In this document: piece by piece, positions 1 to 13,068 of the stretch
How positions within the stretch are numbered: position 1 is the first letter of the stretch
Layout: the number at the start of each line of letters is the position of its first letter
Source: Methanotrichaceae archaeon
GTDB lineage: Archaea; Halobacteriota; Methanosarcinia; Methanotrichales; Methanotrichaceae
NCBI GenBank assembly: GCA_963748825.1
Contig: CAVVKN010000005.1
Location: 1 to 64,000, forward strand
Reading direction: 5' to 3'
DNA length: 64,000 nt
Made by a program: the position numbers and the translations under genes
Notes under the pieces: model-generated
The model's input: the letters and a program-made list of their open reading frames with translations, nothing else
What the model was told of the DNA's origin: nothing
Database searches by the model: none

Positions 1-75
1 TGGTCTTATCAAGGGCTGAGCGGATCAAGTGATAAAAAGGGTCTCCTAGCTGCAATCGAGTGGGTAATGGAATGA
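1..75 (+). CDS. 3' end of an unidentified gene entering the window (...GSSDKKGLLAAIEWVME*)
   Basis: Frame 1 is open to TGA at 73-75. Codons 43-72 recur at 15585-15614 with only synonymous changes, which supports coding origin. Confidence 0.5.
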   Translation, partial: WSYQGLSGSSDKKGLLAAIEWVME

Positions 76-447
76 TTGATTTATACCCTTCTTTTTCTTC
101 CGATGTTCCCTGCTGCAAAATGTAATTCCGAATTATCTCTGCCGTTATGCCCTCACTTACTGTACCAATATATCCACCATCGCTCCAAAACTCGCCCCCC
201 CCAAAAAGTTCTTTCCTGATCTCTTACGAGTTCATCGATGACCCGGAGCCGTTCTACGGCGAGGTTCCAGAGCTTCAAGGACTATGTCACCGTCTGAACA
301 CCCACCAGCCCCTATCTTTGAGGCTCCGAAATAGCACCGACCAAAAACCACTATCTTCTGATTCAGCTACGTAAGCCTCAGGATTTCTATAGCCATCTTC
401 GCGAATTCATGTGACAATCAAGAAGGCTCTTATTTTGTATTGGTACC

Positions 448-507
448 ATGTCTGACCTTGAAGTAGGTCGCATCCTCAAAGAGATAGCTGATCTCCTGTG
501 CGGTTGA
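448..507 (+). pseudogene. short relic resembling the N-terminus of DNA polymerase X/PHP proteins
   Basis: Translates MSDLEVGRILKEIADLLCG*, reminiscent of the PolX first helix (EVA-IL-EIADLLE); only 19 codons. Confidence 0.3.
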
Positions 508-589
508 TAGGCATATCTGTCTGGAATGGATTAATATGATTAATATTATCTAAAATCCAGTCGCTTGATTTCCCTATTTTTTGTTGCGC

Positions 590-910
590 TATCTTTAAAT
601 ACCCATCATCCCTTAAGGGGGAAGGCCGATGTGATGGGTTCGAGGGCTTTGCTTCCGCCTCCTGATCAAAACCGGGGAGGCATGATGGGGCGAAATCTTT
701 AAATACGAACTTCGATCACAATGGCTGCCGAAAAGGGTTCAAGTTTTCTGGTCCATTTCGCGATTTCCCTTCCTGGGTAAGTCCGGATGAGCCAAAAGAT
801 ATAAATATCACGAACACCTTTCGAATTAGGCCAATAATGGATGCAATAGAAGTTTGCTGAAAGGCAACCTTTAAATAGTAGTATTGCGTACAGAATTGGG
901 CCGATGAGGC
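590..910 (+). promoter_or_regulatory. tandem archaeal promoters of the rRNA operon
   Basis: TATA boxes TTTAAATA at 594, 698 and 870 and TATAAATA at 800, each followed ~28-30 nt later by a GCCGA/GGCCAA-like motif. Confidence 0.6.
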
Positions 911-1077
911 GTCGTAACCCAAAAGCAAGGCTCCGATATCATTGAAGGGTCGAGCTATAAAGTTGCGATATAACAAAGATGGAGACGCGAGTTTTTTCGT
1001 GTCTGACATTGGTCTTGGCGACTCAGCCAATTCCGACTGGTTCGGAATAACATATTAAGTGAAATACTTCCTAGTGA

Positions 1078-2548
<1,471 letters not shown>

Positions 2549-2669
2549 AACGTTATGGGTATGCACAAGCATACCCACCCGTAACCAGTTGGAAGCTGAA
2601 AATGTCGACCGAGACCAAAAAGAGAACCAATTAGCCAGCTATTCTGATTATTAGCTGGGGCTAGTACCC

Positions 2670-2742
2670 GGGCTTGTAGCTCAGCTGGTAGAGCGCCGCC
2701 TTTGCAAGGCGGAGGCCCTGGGTCCGAATCCCAGCAAGTCCA
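2670..2742 (+). tRNA. tRNA-Ala(TGC) in the ITS
   Basis: GGGCTTG/CAAGTCC acceptor stem, anticodon loop TTTGCAA, T-arm GGTCCGAATCC. Confidence 0.97.
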
Positions 2743-2865
2743 ATTACAATGCACACATTGAGGCAGACTCGATGTGGAAGGGCGAAGGTCCGTTCTTGAC
2801 GGAGCGGTCCGATGATGCCGTGCACAAGCTTTGCGACCAGACGCTCACTGAGTTTAGTGGGGCAT

Positions 2866-5760
<2,895 letters not shown>

Positions 5761-5810
5761 GCTCCACTAAACTCGGGCGAAATCTGGTCGCAAAGCTTAA
5801 GGCACTTAAC

Positions 5811-5869
5811 CCAAGACCCCGGGTTACGGCCCGGGGAGGCACTAAACCGGTTCGATTCCGGTACTTGGA
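5811..5869 (+). ncRNA. tRNA-like (mini-tRNA) structure in the 23S-5S spacer
   Basis: CCAAG/CTTGG closing stem, CCCCGGG/CCCGGGG hairpin and T-arm ACCGG-TTCGATT-CCGGT immediately 5' of the 5S. Confidence 0.6.
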
Positions 5870-5872
5870 ATC

Positions 5873-5999
5873 GAGCATGGCGGCCAGAGCGACAGGGAAA
5901 CTCCTGAACCCATTCCGAACTCAGAAGATAAGCCTGTCCACGTTCTGCACTGTACTCAGATGCGCGAGCTCTCGGGAACTGTAGATCGCTGCCGTGCTC
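5873..5999 (+). rRNA. rrf: 5S rRNA
   Basis: GAGCATGGCGGCC...CCCATTCCGAAC...GCTGCCGTGCTC; the termini pair. Confidence 0.95.
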
Positions 6000-6180
6000 A
6001 CCTGATTTAATCTATTTTCGCAAAGCTTGAAATTATTGGATTGCTATTACCACTTAGCTATGCTGCACGGTCGATGGGGCTGCTATGTGCCCTAAAAGGC
6101 CAAGCTGCAGAGAGCTGCCGTGCTCATTCCTAATCATATGGCCGTTTGCCCAGGTGATGCCGGGATGGGGGCCCTTGTTA

Positions 6181-6400
6181 TCAACTGTTTTTGGGTTCGT
6201 CCTTGCATATAACAGAATAACGCGGATCAAACGCATACCTGTAAACATCCAGCACCAAGTTGAGCTCGACAACCTTGTTGACTAATAACCTCAAAGACCA
6301 ACGTGCGAAACCCTCTGGTGGATCACTGCAGCTTAATGCAATCAAGTGGGCTTCGAAATCCCCCCGTTTTTTTTGGCATGAGCGCGAGATCTCAAGAGGG
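6181..6400 (-). pseudogene. IS630-family transposase relic with internal deletion
   Basis: Minus frame reads DFEAHLIALSCSDPPEGFARWSLRLLVNKVVELNLVLDVYRYAFDPRYSVICKDE*. This joins the IS630 HTH motif (CS-PPEG-ARW-LRLL) directly to the VLDVY...DE catalytic region. Confidence 0.75.
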
Positions 6401-6553
6401 CTTATTGGGCTTTCTTCGCAGGCGCCGTCAAAATATGTAGATTTAGAGCCTGAAATCTATAATTGATCCCTTTTTCAGTCCAGCTCCTTCCCGCCCCGCT
6501 CACTGGGCGTAACCTTAAACCCTTTTAATGAGCACAGCCTTCCAAGGATTATC

Positions 6554-7582
6554 TTGACCGCAGATTCCTATGCCAAAGCCGTCATCGAAGCCGCCCTCTT
6601 CGCATCGGGCAGAACCCTCACTCCGCGGGAGCTGGCAGATCTTTCCACTCTCTCCGAAGAGCGGGCGCGGGCCCTGGCGGACGACCTGGCAGCGGAGTAC
6701 GCCACCCGCGACTCGGGCATCGAGATCAAGAGCATTGGTGAGGGCTATTCCATGCAGGTCCGCTTCGGCCTGGCCGGTCGGGTCCTCTCCTTCGCTCCAA
6801 AGGAAATCGAGGCTCCACTCATCAGAACCTTGGCCATCATCGCTTACAAGCAGCCCATCAAGCAGAGCGTTCTGGTGGAAATCCGGGGCAACAAGAGCTA
6901 CGATCACGTGAAAGAGCTGGAGGAAAGGGGCCTCATCAACGCGGAAAAGTTCAGCCGCACCAAGCTGCTCACCACCACGCGTGGCTTTGCCGATTACTTT
7001 GGCATCAGTTCCTGCAATCCCCAAGCCATCAGAAGAGCCCTTCTCAAAGATAAGAGGCTGGTGGGCGTCTCGCCCATGTACGAAAGCCTGGCCTTGCGTC
7101 TTGCCCTGGACTACATAGTAGTAAATCCCTACAAGCCGGAGGCGGAGGACCTGGAACGCCTGAAAGAGATTGAGCTTCTCGTGCTCGCCCCCGGCTACGC
7201 AGAAAGGGTCAAGCAGCACTACTCTGGCCAGATGCTGGAGGCGAGTGTTCGCACCCTTTCCCAGCTCAAGGAGAGCGCGGAGAGAATCTGCCAGGAGTCA
7301 GGCTGCGGGGATGTCGAGCCGCTAGCTGCCGAGGTGGACTCGCTGCTCAAGAGATTCCGGCAGAGGGCTAAAACCGCCCGGCCGGTTCGGCCGCTCACGT
7401 CCATGATCGAGGAGATCGCCCGCGACCTGCGCCTGCCTGTACAGGAGGGGGGACTGTCGGTCGCACCCGACTCTGCCGGATTGGAGGCCGATATCCTGGT
7501 GCCCGCTCACCAACCCTACGACATGGACATTCTGGAGAGAATTGTGCAGCGCTACGAAAAAATCCTGGGCGGGAAAAGTTAG
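6554..7582 (+). CDS. scpB: SMC-Scp complex subunit ScpB with long C-terminal extension
   Basis: IEAALFASG, TLAIIAYKQPI, EIRG and TTRGFADYFG motifs in the first ~160 aa, followed by ~180 extra residues. Confidence 0.9.
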   Translation: MTADSYAKAVIEAALFASGRTLTPRELADLSTLSEERARALADDLAAEYATRDSGIEIKSIGEGYSMQVRFGLAGRVLSFAPKEIEAPLIRTLAIIAYKQPIKQSVLVEIRGNKSYDHVKELEERGLINAEKFSRTKLLTTTRGFADYFGISSCNPQAIRRALLKDKRLVGVSPMYESLALRLALDYIVVNPYKPEAEDLERLKEIELLVLAPGYAERVKQHYSGQMLEASVRTLSQLKESAERICQESGCGDVEPLAAEVDSLLKRFRQRAKTARPVRPLTSMIEEIARDLRLPVQEGGLSVAPDSAGLEADILVPAHQPYDMDILERIVQRYEKILGGKS

Positions 7583-7656
7583 TGAAACCCACATGAGCAC
7601 ATTGCTCATGCAAGAAAGATGAAAAATGGATATATTCGCTAAGCCATTTAATTGCT

Positions 7657-7801
7657 TGATATGGGCGGTGAAGGCAGTCCGCCGTTTAGGGGCGTAGACC
7701 TCGTTAGTGAAACTAGCCAAATCCTGCGGATGCAAGAATGCGTCTGTTGAACGCGAATGCGAATGAGCACCCTTTGAGGATTAAGTTATCCGCCCATATC
7801 A
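7657..7801 (+). ncRNA. putative bridge RNA of IS110 #1
   Basis: Closed by TGATATGGGCGG/CCGCCCATATCA. Loop segments CCGCCGTTT (7679-7687) and GTTAGTGAAAC (7703-7713) match the element's own right and left flanks; ATGCGAA (7757-7763) matches its right end. Confidence 0.82.
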
Positions 7802-7815
7802 GGACGGGAATAATC

Positions 7816-9066
7816 ATGGAACTGCAGAGGAATAAAGTTTGTGGCATTGACGTGCACAAACGATTTCTGATAGCAACAATCCTTTCCCGAGACGGGAAGA
7901 AGGATACTCAACGTTTTAGCGTTACCCTGGAAGATCTCTTAAAATTTAGAGATTGGGTTATCGAAAATGGATGTGAACAGGTAGCTATAGAATCAACTGG
8001 AATCTATTGGCATCCTGTACACTCTGTTCTAGAGGGAAAGATCGATTTAATTGTGGCGAATTCCTACAAGATTAAGCATACTCCAGGAAGAAAGACCGAT
8101 GTCAACGATTCCGAATGGATTGCTGAACTTTGTCTCAATGGAATGATTGAGCCTTCCAGGATCTTTCCTAAAGATGATCGAGAGCTGAGAAGGTTGACCA
8201 GAGCGAGAGAAGGCTATGTTAAGCAGATGACTCAGGAAAAGAACAAGATCCACCAATCTCTCGATTCTGCTTGCATCAAATTGGCTTCAGTTATCTCTGA
8301 TATATTTGGCAAGTCCGGTATGTATCTCTTGAATTGCGTTCTAGAAGGAAGAGATATTGATGAGATAATTGAAGGCATTCCATCTGGACGACTCAAGAAA
8401 AAGGCGGATCAAATTAAAGAGTCTATCAAAAGTCGTCTAGAAATCTCCCAGGTCATTTTGATTAGGGGTTCTCTGAGCTTGATGAGATCCATCCAGGAGA
8501 GGATAGATGAGCTGGATGGAGAGATTAGTGCCAGAATTCAGTATCGCAAGAACGATTTAGCCATTGCTATGTCCATTCCTGGGACAGGGTTCGTCTCTGC
8601 TACTGCCATTCTGGCGGAAATTGGCAACTACATTGATTTCAAAAAGCCAGAGCAGCTTGCCGCATGGTGTGGCCTTGTTCCTTCTTTATATCAGTCTGCA
8701 GAAAAGACTATCCTCGGAGGAATAACCAAACAAGGCTCCAAGCATATTCGAAGAATGTTGATTCAAGTCGCCTATGCCATATCGCGAACCAAAGATTCGA
8801 AACTAAAGAAATTCTTCTTGAGGATTCAGGCCAAGAAGGGATCTAAAGTAGCAGCGGTTGCTCTGGCAAGAAAGGTTCTTTGCATTCTTCACCATCTTCT
8901 CATAAATCAAGAAATGTATCTTGAAGACAGAAATAAGAAAAATATGCGTCAGAAGCCCTTAACGCCGCCGTCTCCCATTGAGATGTCGATCCAAGAGATG
9001 ATTGACTGCATCGTCCGGGCAGGTTATGTTGTTACGAAGAGCGAGAGCAGAGGAGGATTCGGTTAA
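7816..9066 (+). CDS. IS110-family DEDD recombinase/transposase
   Basis: GIDVHK, IESTG and KTDVND (DEDD) plus the C-terminal AAWCGLVP..QS..GGITKQG motif. The likely start is MELQRNK; the ORF-track extension runs through the ncRNA. Confidence 0.95.
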   Translation: MELQRNKVCGIDVHKRFLIATILSRDGKKDTQRFSVTLEDLLKFRDWVIENGCEQVAIESTGIYWHPVHSVLEGKIDLIVANSYKIKHTPGRKTDVNDSEWIAELCLNGMIEPSRIFPKDDRELRRLTRAREGYVKQMTQEKNKIHQSLDSACIKLASVISDIFGKSGMYLLNCVLEGRDIDEIIEGIPSGRLKKKADQIKESIKSRLEISQVILIRGSLSLMRSIQERIDELDGEISARIQYRKNDLAIAMSIPGTGFVSATAILAEIGNYIDFKKPEQLAAWCGLVPSLYQSAEKTILGGITKQGSKHIRRMLIQVAYAISRTKDSKLKKFFLRIQAKKGSKVAAVALARKVLCILHHLLINQEMYLEDRNKKNMRQKPLTPPSPIEMSIQEMIDCIVRAGYVVTKSESRGGFG

Positions 9067-9090
9067 ATCAATTTTTCGGGTTTTTCATGC

Positions 9091-9235
9091 GAAACGGCGG
9101 CGGCTCACCCGCGCAGCAAGCTGCGGGGCATCCAAGGCGCCGCCGCATGAAGGTGGAACCAGGTTAAGCTGATCCCAACCTAAGCTGAATACGCATGCCC
9201 GTTATCCCCGATGCAAGCATCGGGGTATTACGATA
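9091..9235. repeat. palindromic MITE-like element (IS200/IS605-end-like hairpins)
   Basis: GGCGGCG...CGCCGCC encloses CCCGCGCAGCAAGCTGCGGGG; second hairpin CCCCGATGCAAGCATCGGGGTATT; related copies at 45978 and 53075. Confidence 0.65.
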
Positions 9236-9324
9236 AAAATAAAATATAACTAATAATATAATAATGAGAACAACTTGTATGACCAACATTATTATTTAAT
9301 CTCTTAAGGAAAATTCAGTGCAAT

Positions 9325-9610
9325 TTATTCTTTTCTGGCAGACTCGTGCTGGATTGCCAACTCTTTCTTCCAGTAAACATTGTACCAGAATCGATGACCA
9401 TTATCGCTTTGCCTACGGTCACGAGATACCCAACCCCATTTGATCAGAATCCTGAGAACTCTGGCGATACGGCGTTCTGCTCGAATTCAATCCGTGTATG
9501 AGGATATCTCCAAGCCAATTACCTCTGCGATATCTTTCAGAGATTTGGCATCGGCTTTGCTATTAGGAAGGGCCACAAGAATAGTCTATGGGTCATTATG
9601 CCGACCAGAT
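9325..9610 (-). pseudogene. degraded small winged-helix-like DNA-binding protein
   Basis: RHNDP*TILVALPNSKADAKSLKDIAEVIGLEISSYTD*IRAERRIARVLRILIKWGWV...NVYWKK; two in-frame stops. Confidence 0.5.
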
Positions 9611-9751
9611 CTTCACCCTCCTATCCGAAGGATAAACAATGCTCATTGGATAAAAACATGCACTATAAGCAAAGGAATTTGGACGGCTGAAGTCGCCAAA
9701 GATTCCCCTTTAATACCATATTATTTGACCTAATTATATAACATATTTGAT

Positions 9752-10222
9752 TTATATATAGCTTCGCCACAATCGTTGCAGAGAGCTTTTCTTTTTGTCA
9801 ATCCACAGATCTGCCGCAGAATGTTGAGTTATTGGACTAGGTCTATTCGTGATCATTTTGGCGGTCTGTGTGTCTTTTTTTCTTTGCATAAATTGGTAAG
9901 CAATCTCTGGGTCCAACTTGTATCTTTCCAGATAGACTTTTCGAGAGAGCTGTTCTCCTAACGAGGAAATGTATATTGGATCGCCTACAATTGGTGTGAC
10001 CTTTCCGCTAGGTAGTATCCACTCAAAACCTTTAGGAGATTCGCATAGCCAGTCTTGCTCAGTATCACTAAGGTTCTGAGGATCGATATCTAATTCGTTC
10101 ATTGCACCGCAATTTTGACAGACAAAGAGATTTTTAATTTTTCCACTCGTCATTGCGGGTTCTATATCCAACACGTTTCTTATGCCACATTGGTGGCATT
10201 TAGCTTTGATTTTTATCCCCAT
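9752..10222 (-). CDS. hypothetical zinc-ribbon protein
   Basis: N-terminal CHQC...CQNC; RBS-like GAGGGGG upstream. Confidence 0.75.
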   Translation of the reverse strand: MGIKIKAKCHQCGIRNVLDIEPAMTSGKIKNLFVCQNCGAMNELDIDPQNLSDTEQDWLCESPKGFEWILPSGKVTPIVGDPIYISSLGEQLSRKVYLERYKLDPEIAYQFMQRKKDTQTAKMITNRPSPITQHSAADLWIDKKKSSLQRLWRSYI

Positions 10223-10552
10223 TTAGCCCCCTCTTCGATTAGTAGTTGAACATTCAAATATAAATAATTTTTTGATGATTTAGTATTTAATGAGCACGAA
10301 CAGCTTCATGGTTTATAATCCCTACCAGATATTTGTCCTCCTAATCACTGAAACAACGAATCCTCATTCGATAAAATGATTGCTCAAATCAATATTGTGT
10401 GTGTTAAGGTTGATTAATTTGAGTTGACAGCTAAAAACAAGAGGCAAAAAAATAATATTTATATTATGACTATTATCTAACTAGCAATCTCCACGACGTT
10501 ATCTTCCGATACCTTCGCAGCTAGTTGGTTGTGCGGTCATTCTTGCTTTTTT

Positions 10553-10874
10553 TTATTTTTTCTTGGTGCTTCGCTTGACCACGACTACCTTTAGCGTATC
10601 CGCTTCGAGCTTCTCCATGCCAACTTTCTTGACTGTTGGCTTCCAGATCTTATCCGGCATCCATGCTGGTGCTCCCTTTGGTTTCTTTATCTGTTTTCGC
10701 TCGCCTGTGAAGACATGCACCTTCTTCGTTCCCCTCTCCCGAAGCCTGATGTCGGTATGACCTCTGTTTGCAGCCTTTAGAGCGGGCTTGTCGGGGTGCT
10801 TTTCCTGTGAAGACTCCCATCTCGTTGCCGTCCTTGTCCCTAAGGGCAAAATTCCTAATTTCTTTCTCAGCCAA
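10553..10874 (-). pseudogene. non-histone chromosomal protein MC1, frameshifted
   Basis: RNFALRDKDGNEMGVFTGKAPRQA and ALKAANRGHTDIRLRERGTKKVHVF...PAWMPDKIWKP lie in adjacent frames; one extra C near 10783. Confidence 0.85.
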
Positions 10875-11020
10875 ATTATCCCACCTACACTAAGGATCGA
10901 TAAATTTCGATGGATCTAATTGTATAAATCAGTTTCCTGGACAATTTATGGCTAAAAAGATGCTCATAATCGGAAATCACTCAGAAAGACTTAAATAGTA
11001 TTACTAATATTATTAATACC

Positions 11021-11092
11021 AGGTAGTAACGCTACCTCACCACGACTCAGGTTCCATCCCCTCAGATATCTCTTCTTGCCTGAGTCGCTGGT
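11021..11092 (+). ncRNA. candidate hairpin sRNA A1
   Basis: TTAAATAG box at 10991; hairpin AGGTAG/CTACCT, then stem CGACTCAGG/CCTGAGTCG with a C-rich loop; paralog at 12002. Confidence 0.45.
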
Positions 11093-11457
11093 TCCCCTTT
11101 CAGATATAAATAGAAAATACGCTATAGGCTTAGACCTCCTCCCACGAAATGTATGGGGGTACAATTCTGATGAGAGGAGACTTCCGCCTGCACAACTCTT
11201 ATTTTATCCTTTGCCAGGATAAAGAATAATCACCTGCAATAGATATAAACTTTTAGTTAATTTTTATAAACACACTGTGTTTATATAAAACTTAGAATTC
11301 GCAATAAACCATTTATTAATTTATGATTATCTATGCTATGTTGATATAATGCAGATTATTTCCTGCACGTTAAGATTCTCTCAAAAGAGAATGGTCACCC
11401 CATCACCCCAAAAACTATTTCTTAAGACAGCAGATATATGCTTTAAGGTGGTTTTTC

Positions 11458-11880
11458 TTGAAGATGGGACTTGTTCTGTTATTAGTAGTTTTGAGCTTCT
11501 CGGAAGTTCTGATATCTGCCGGAACTGATGTGAATTTAAGTTTTGATATGAGAGGAACGATAACAAACGTTCTTTCACCTTCGAGCATCGTTGTAGGCAT
11601 GAATGTGGTTAACCTAGACGGTGTAGATCCATCTGGACTCTATCGGTTCTCATACTCATATCTAATGGATGATCTAAAAGGGTATTACATTGGCAAGGAT
11701 GTATTTGTGAAGGGCAATTATGTCTATTTTGATCTACAAGGAGCATATAATTCAGAGAGCATAAATGAAATGATCCAAAAGGAAATTGTGGATTTGCGAG
11801 ATCAACAGGATTACGGATGGTTAGATCAATCATCGTATCAATCTTATGGAGGCTATACAGGCTTTCGAGTATTTATATAG
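11458..11880 (+). CDS. secreted hypothetical protein, possibly a degenerate SNase-like OB fold
   Basis: Hydrophobic N-terminus; GTITNVLSPSSIVV...VNLDGVD resembles the thermonuclease N-terminus without the DGDT motif. Confidence 0.65.
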   Translation: MKMGLVLLLVVLSFSEVLISAGTDVNLSFDMRGTITNVLSPSSIVVGMNVVNLDGVDPSGLYRFSYSYLMDDLKGYYIGKDVFVKGNYVYFDLQGAYNSESINEMIQKEIVDLRDQQDYGWLDQSSYQSYGGYTGFRVFI

Positions 11881-12001
11881 AGTTGGTGTGAGGATTTAAA
11901 TTGAATTATTGCAGTGACTTTCTCACAGATATCATGAAAAGATAATTTGATAACATATACAATATACAGATAATGTTTAAATACCATTAGTGATATTCTT
12001 T

Positions 12002-12069
12002 AGGTAATAAACGGCTCAGGACCACTACCCTCTTATTCGCATGCATCATGTAATCTGAGCCGTTTACCT
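12002..12069 (+). ncRNA. candidate hairpin sRNA A2
   Basis: TTTAAATA at 11976; 12-bp perfect stem TAAACGGCTCAG/CTGAGCCGTTTA, loop with ACCCTC. Confidence 0.45.
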
Positions 12070-12079
12070 CCTCAGTTAC

Positions 12080-12244
12080 TCAATAGGTAGTGTCTTTCAA
12101 CTTACTGATGCCATTGAATTTTTCGATAGTTTGCTTTCGGCGTTGCCATCTGAGAGCTTCTCTTTCAAGGTCTTCACTTTCGATTGCATTACGCCCTGCC
12201 CTGCCGATCAGTAGTTCCTTGTTCTTCTTTGGTCTTCCTTTTAT
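12080..12244 (-). pseudogene. small basic protein (GRP motif) with ATA start
   Basis: IKGRPKKNKELLIGRAGRNAIESEDLEREALRWQRRKQTIEKF...; preceded by GGAGGGAG; paralog at 50085-50216. Confidence 0.55.
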
Positions 12245-12657
12245 GCTACTCCCTCCCAAGGTAGCTGTCGTTCATGTCTCAGGGGCAATTTTCTTGACCC
12301 ACAATTATTTGGATAGATAAAAATGACTTTTTATGGATATATATCTTTTGCAGAGATGTCAATGTTCTTTAGGAGATTATATAAAAATTTGAGAACGAAA
12401 ATCGGATCTTATGAATGTTGATAAGAAGACACCCAACATGATCTAGGTGGATTTTATGACAGGAATAACTGAGAAATCCTAAAAAAGTAGACATTTCCCC
12501 TTATAATTAATAAGATATCTATAGAGGATTTGTAGACTTTTTATGGAATTCTCAATTTTTTTTGGTTTATAAATTGCGTCACTTGTTGAAAAGATAAAGT
12601 AGATAGAGCAAATGGAGTCTTTGCAGTCGCTCGAATATGAAAAATATTTAATTGGGC

Positions 12658-12912
12658 CTAGAAGCAAGTATCTAGGAGAGATTTTTTCTTTGCTACCCTT
12701 GAATCTCCTGGTTTGATCGGCACTACCTTGATATGTTCCTTGATTTTCTTTTCCACATCTGGCGATGTCTCCTTCACTCCGTGAGCCATTTCCTGATGCA
12801 TACGCGCAAGCTCAATGACCTCATCGTCAGTCTTCGCGCGTACCGCAAATTCGCATCCGGGGTATACAAGCTTACACATAAATTCTCTATAACTTTCCTC
12901 GACCATAGGCAT
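12658..12912 (-). CDS. DUF1059-like small metal-binding protein
   Basis: C...GC.F.VRA.T.DEV......H...AHG pattern. Confidence 0.8.
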   Translation of the reverse strand: MPMVEESYREFMCKLVYPGCEFAVRAKTDDEVIELARMHQEMAHGVKETSPDVEKKIKEHIKVVPIKPGDSRVAKKKSLLDTCF

Positions 12913-13068
12913 AATACCTCACTTTAAGGTTAAATACCTTACCGGAAAATATCATAGGTACACTTACTAGAGTTCAAAACACCAGAAAAGACTTTAACGC
13001 ATAACAGGCACATAACGTGGCATAACGGGAGCGAGCAACGAACATCAATTTAAGACCAAGCATCTTGT

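Larger units (their letters stand above)
7585..9095 (+). mobile_element. IS110-family insertion sequence #1 (core AAAC at both ends)
   Basis: GAAAC at 7584-7588 and 9091-9095; sub-terminal IR ATGAAAAA (7619)/TTTTTCAT (9081); DEDD recombinase inside. Confidence 0.88.

Noticed and set aside
6050-6300. Possible SRP or other ncRNA after the 5S
   Set aside because: No SRP helix-8 motif seen; the minus strand is explained by an IS630 relic.
7763-7770. ATGAGCAC in the ncRNA matching the left end (7593-7600) as a second donor guide
   Set aside because: There is no equivalent match in element #2 and the segment can pair internally; probably chance.
11120-11190. Additional TATA plus weak hairpin
   Set aside because: The stem is imperfect and no second copy supports it.
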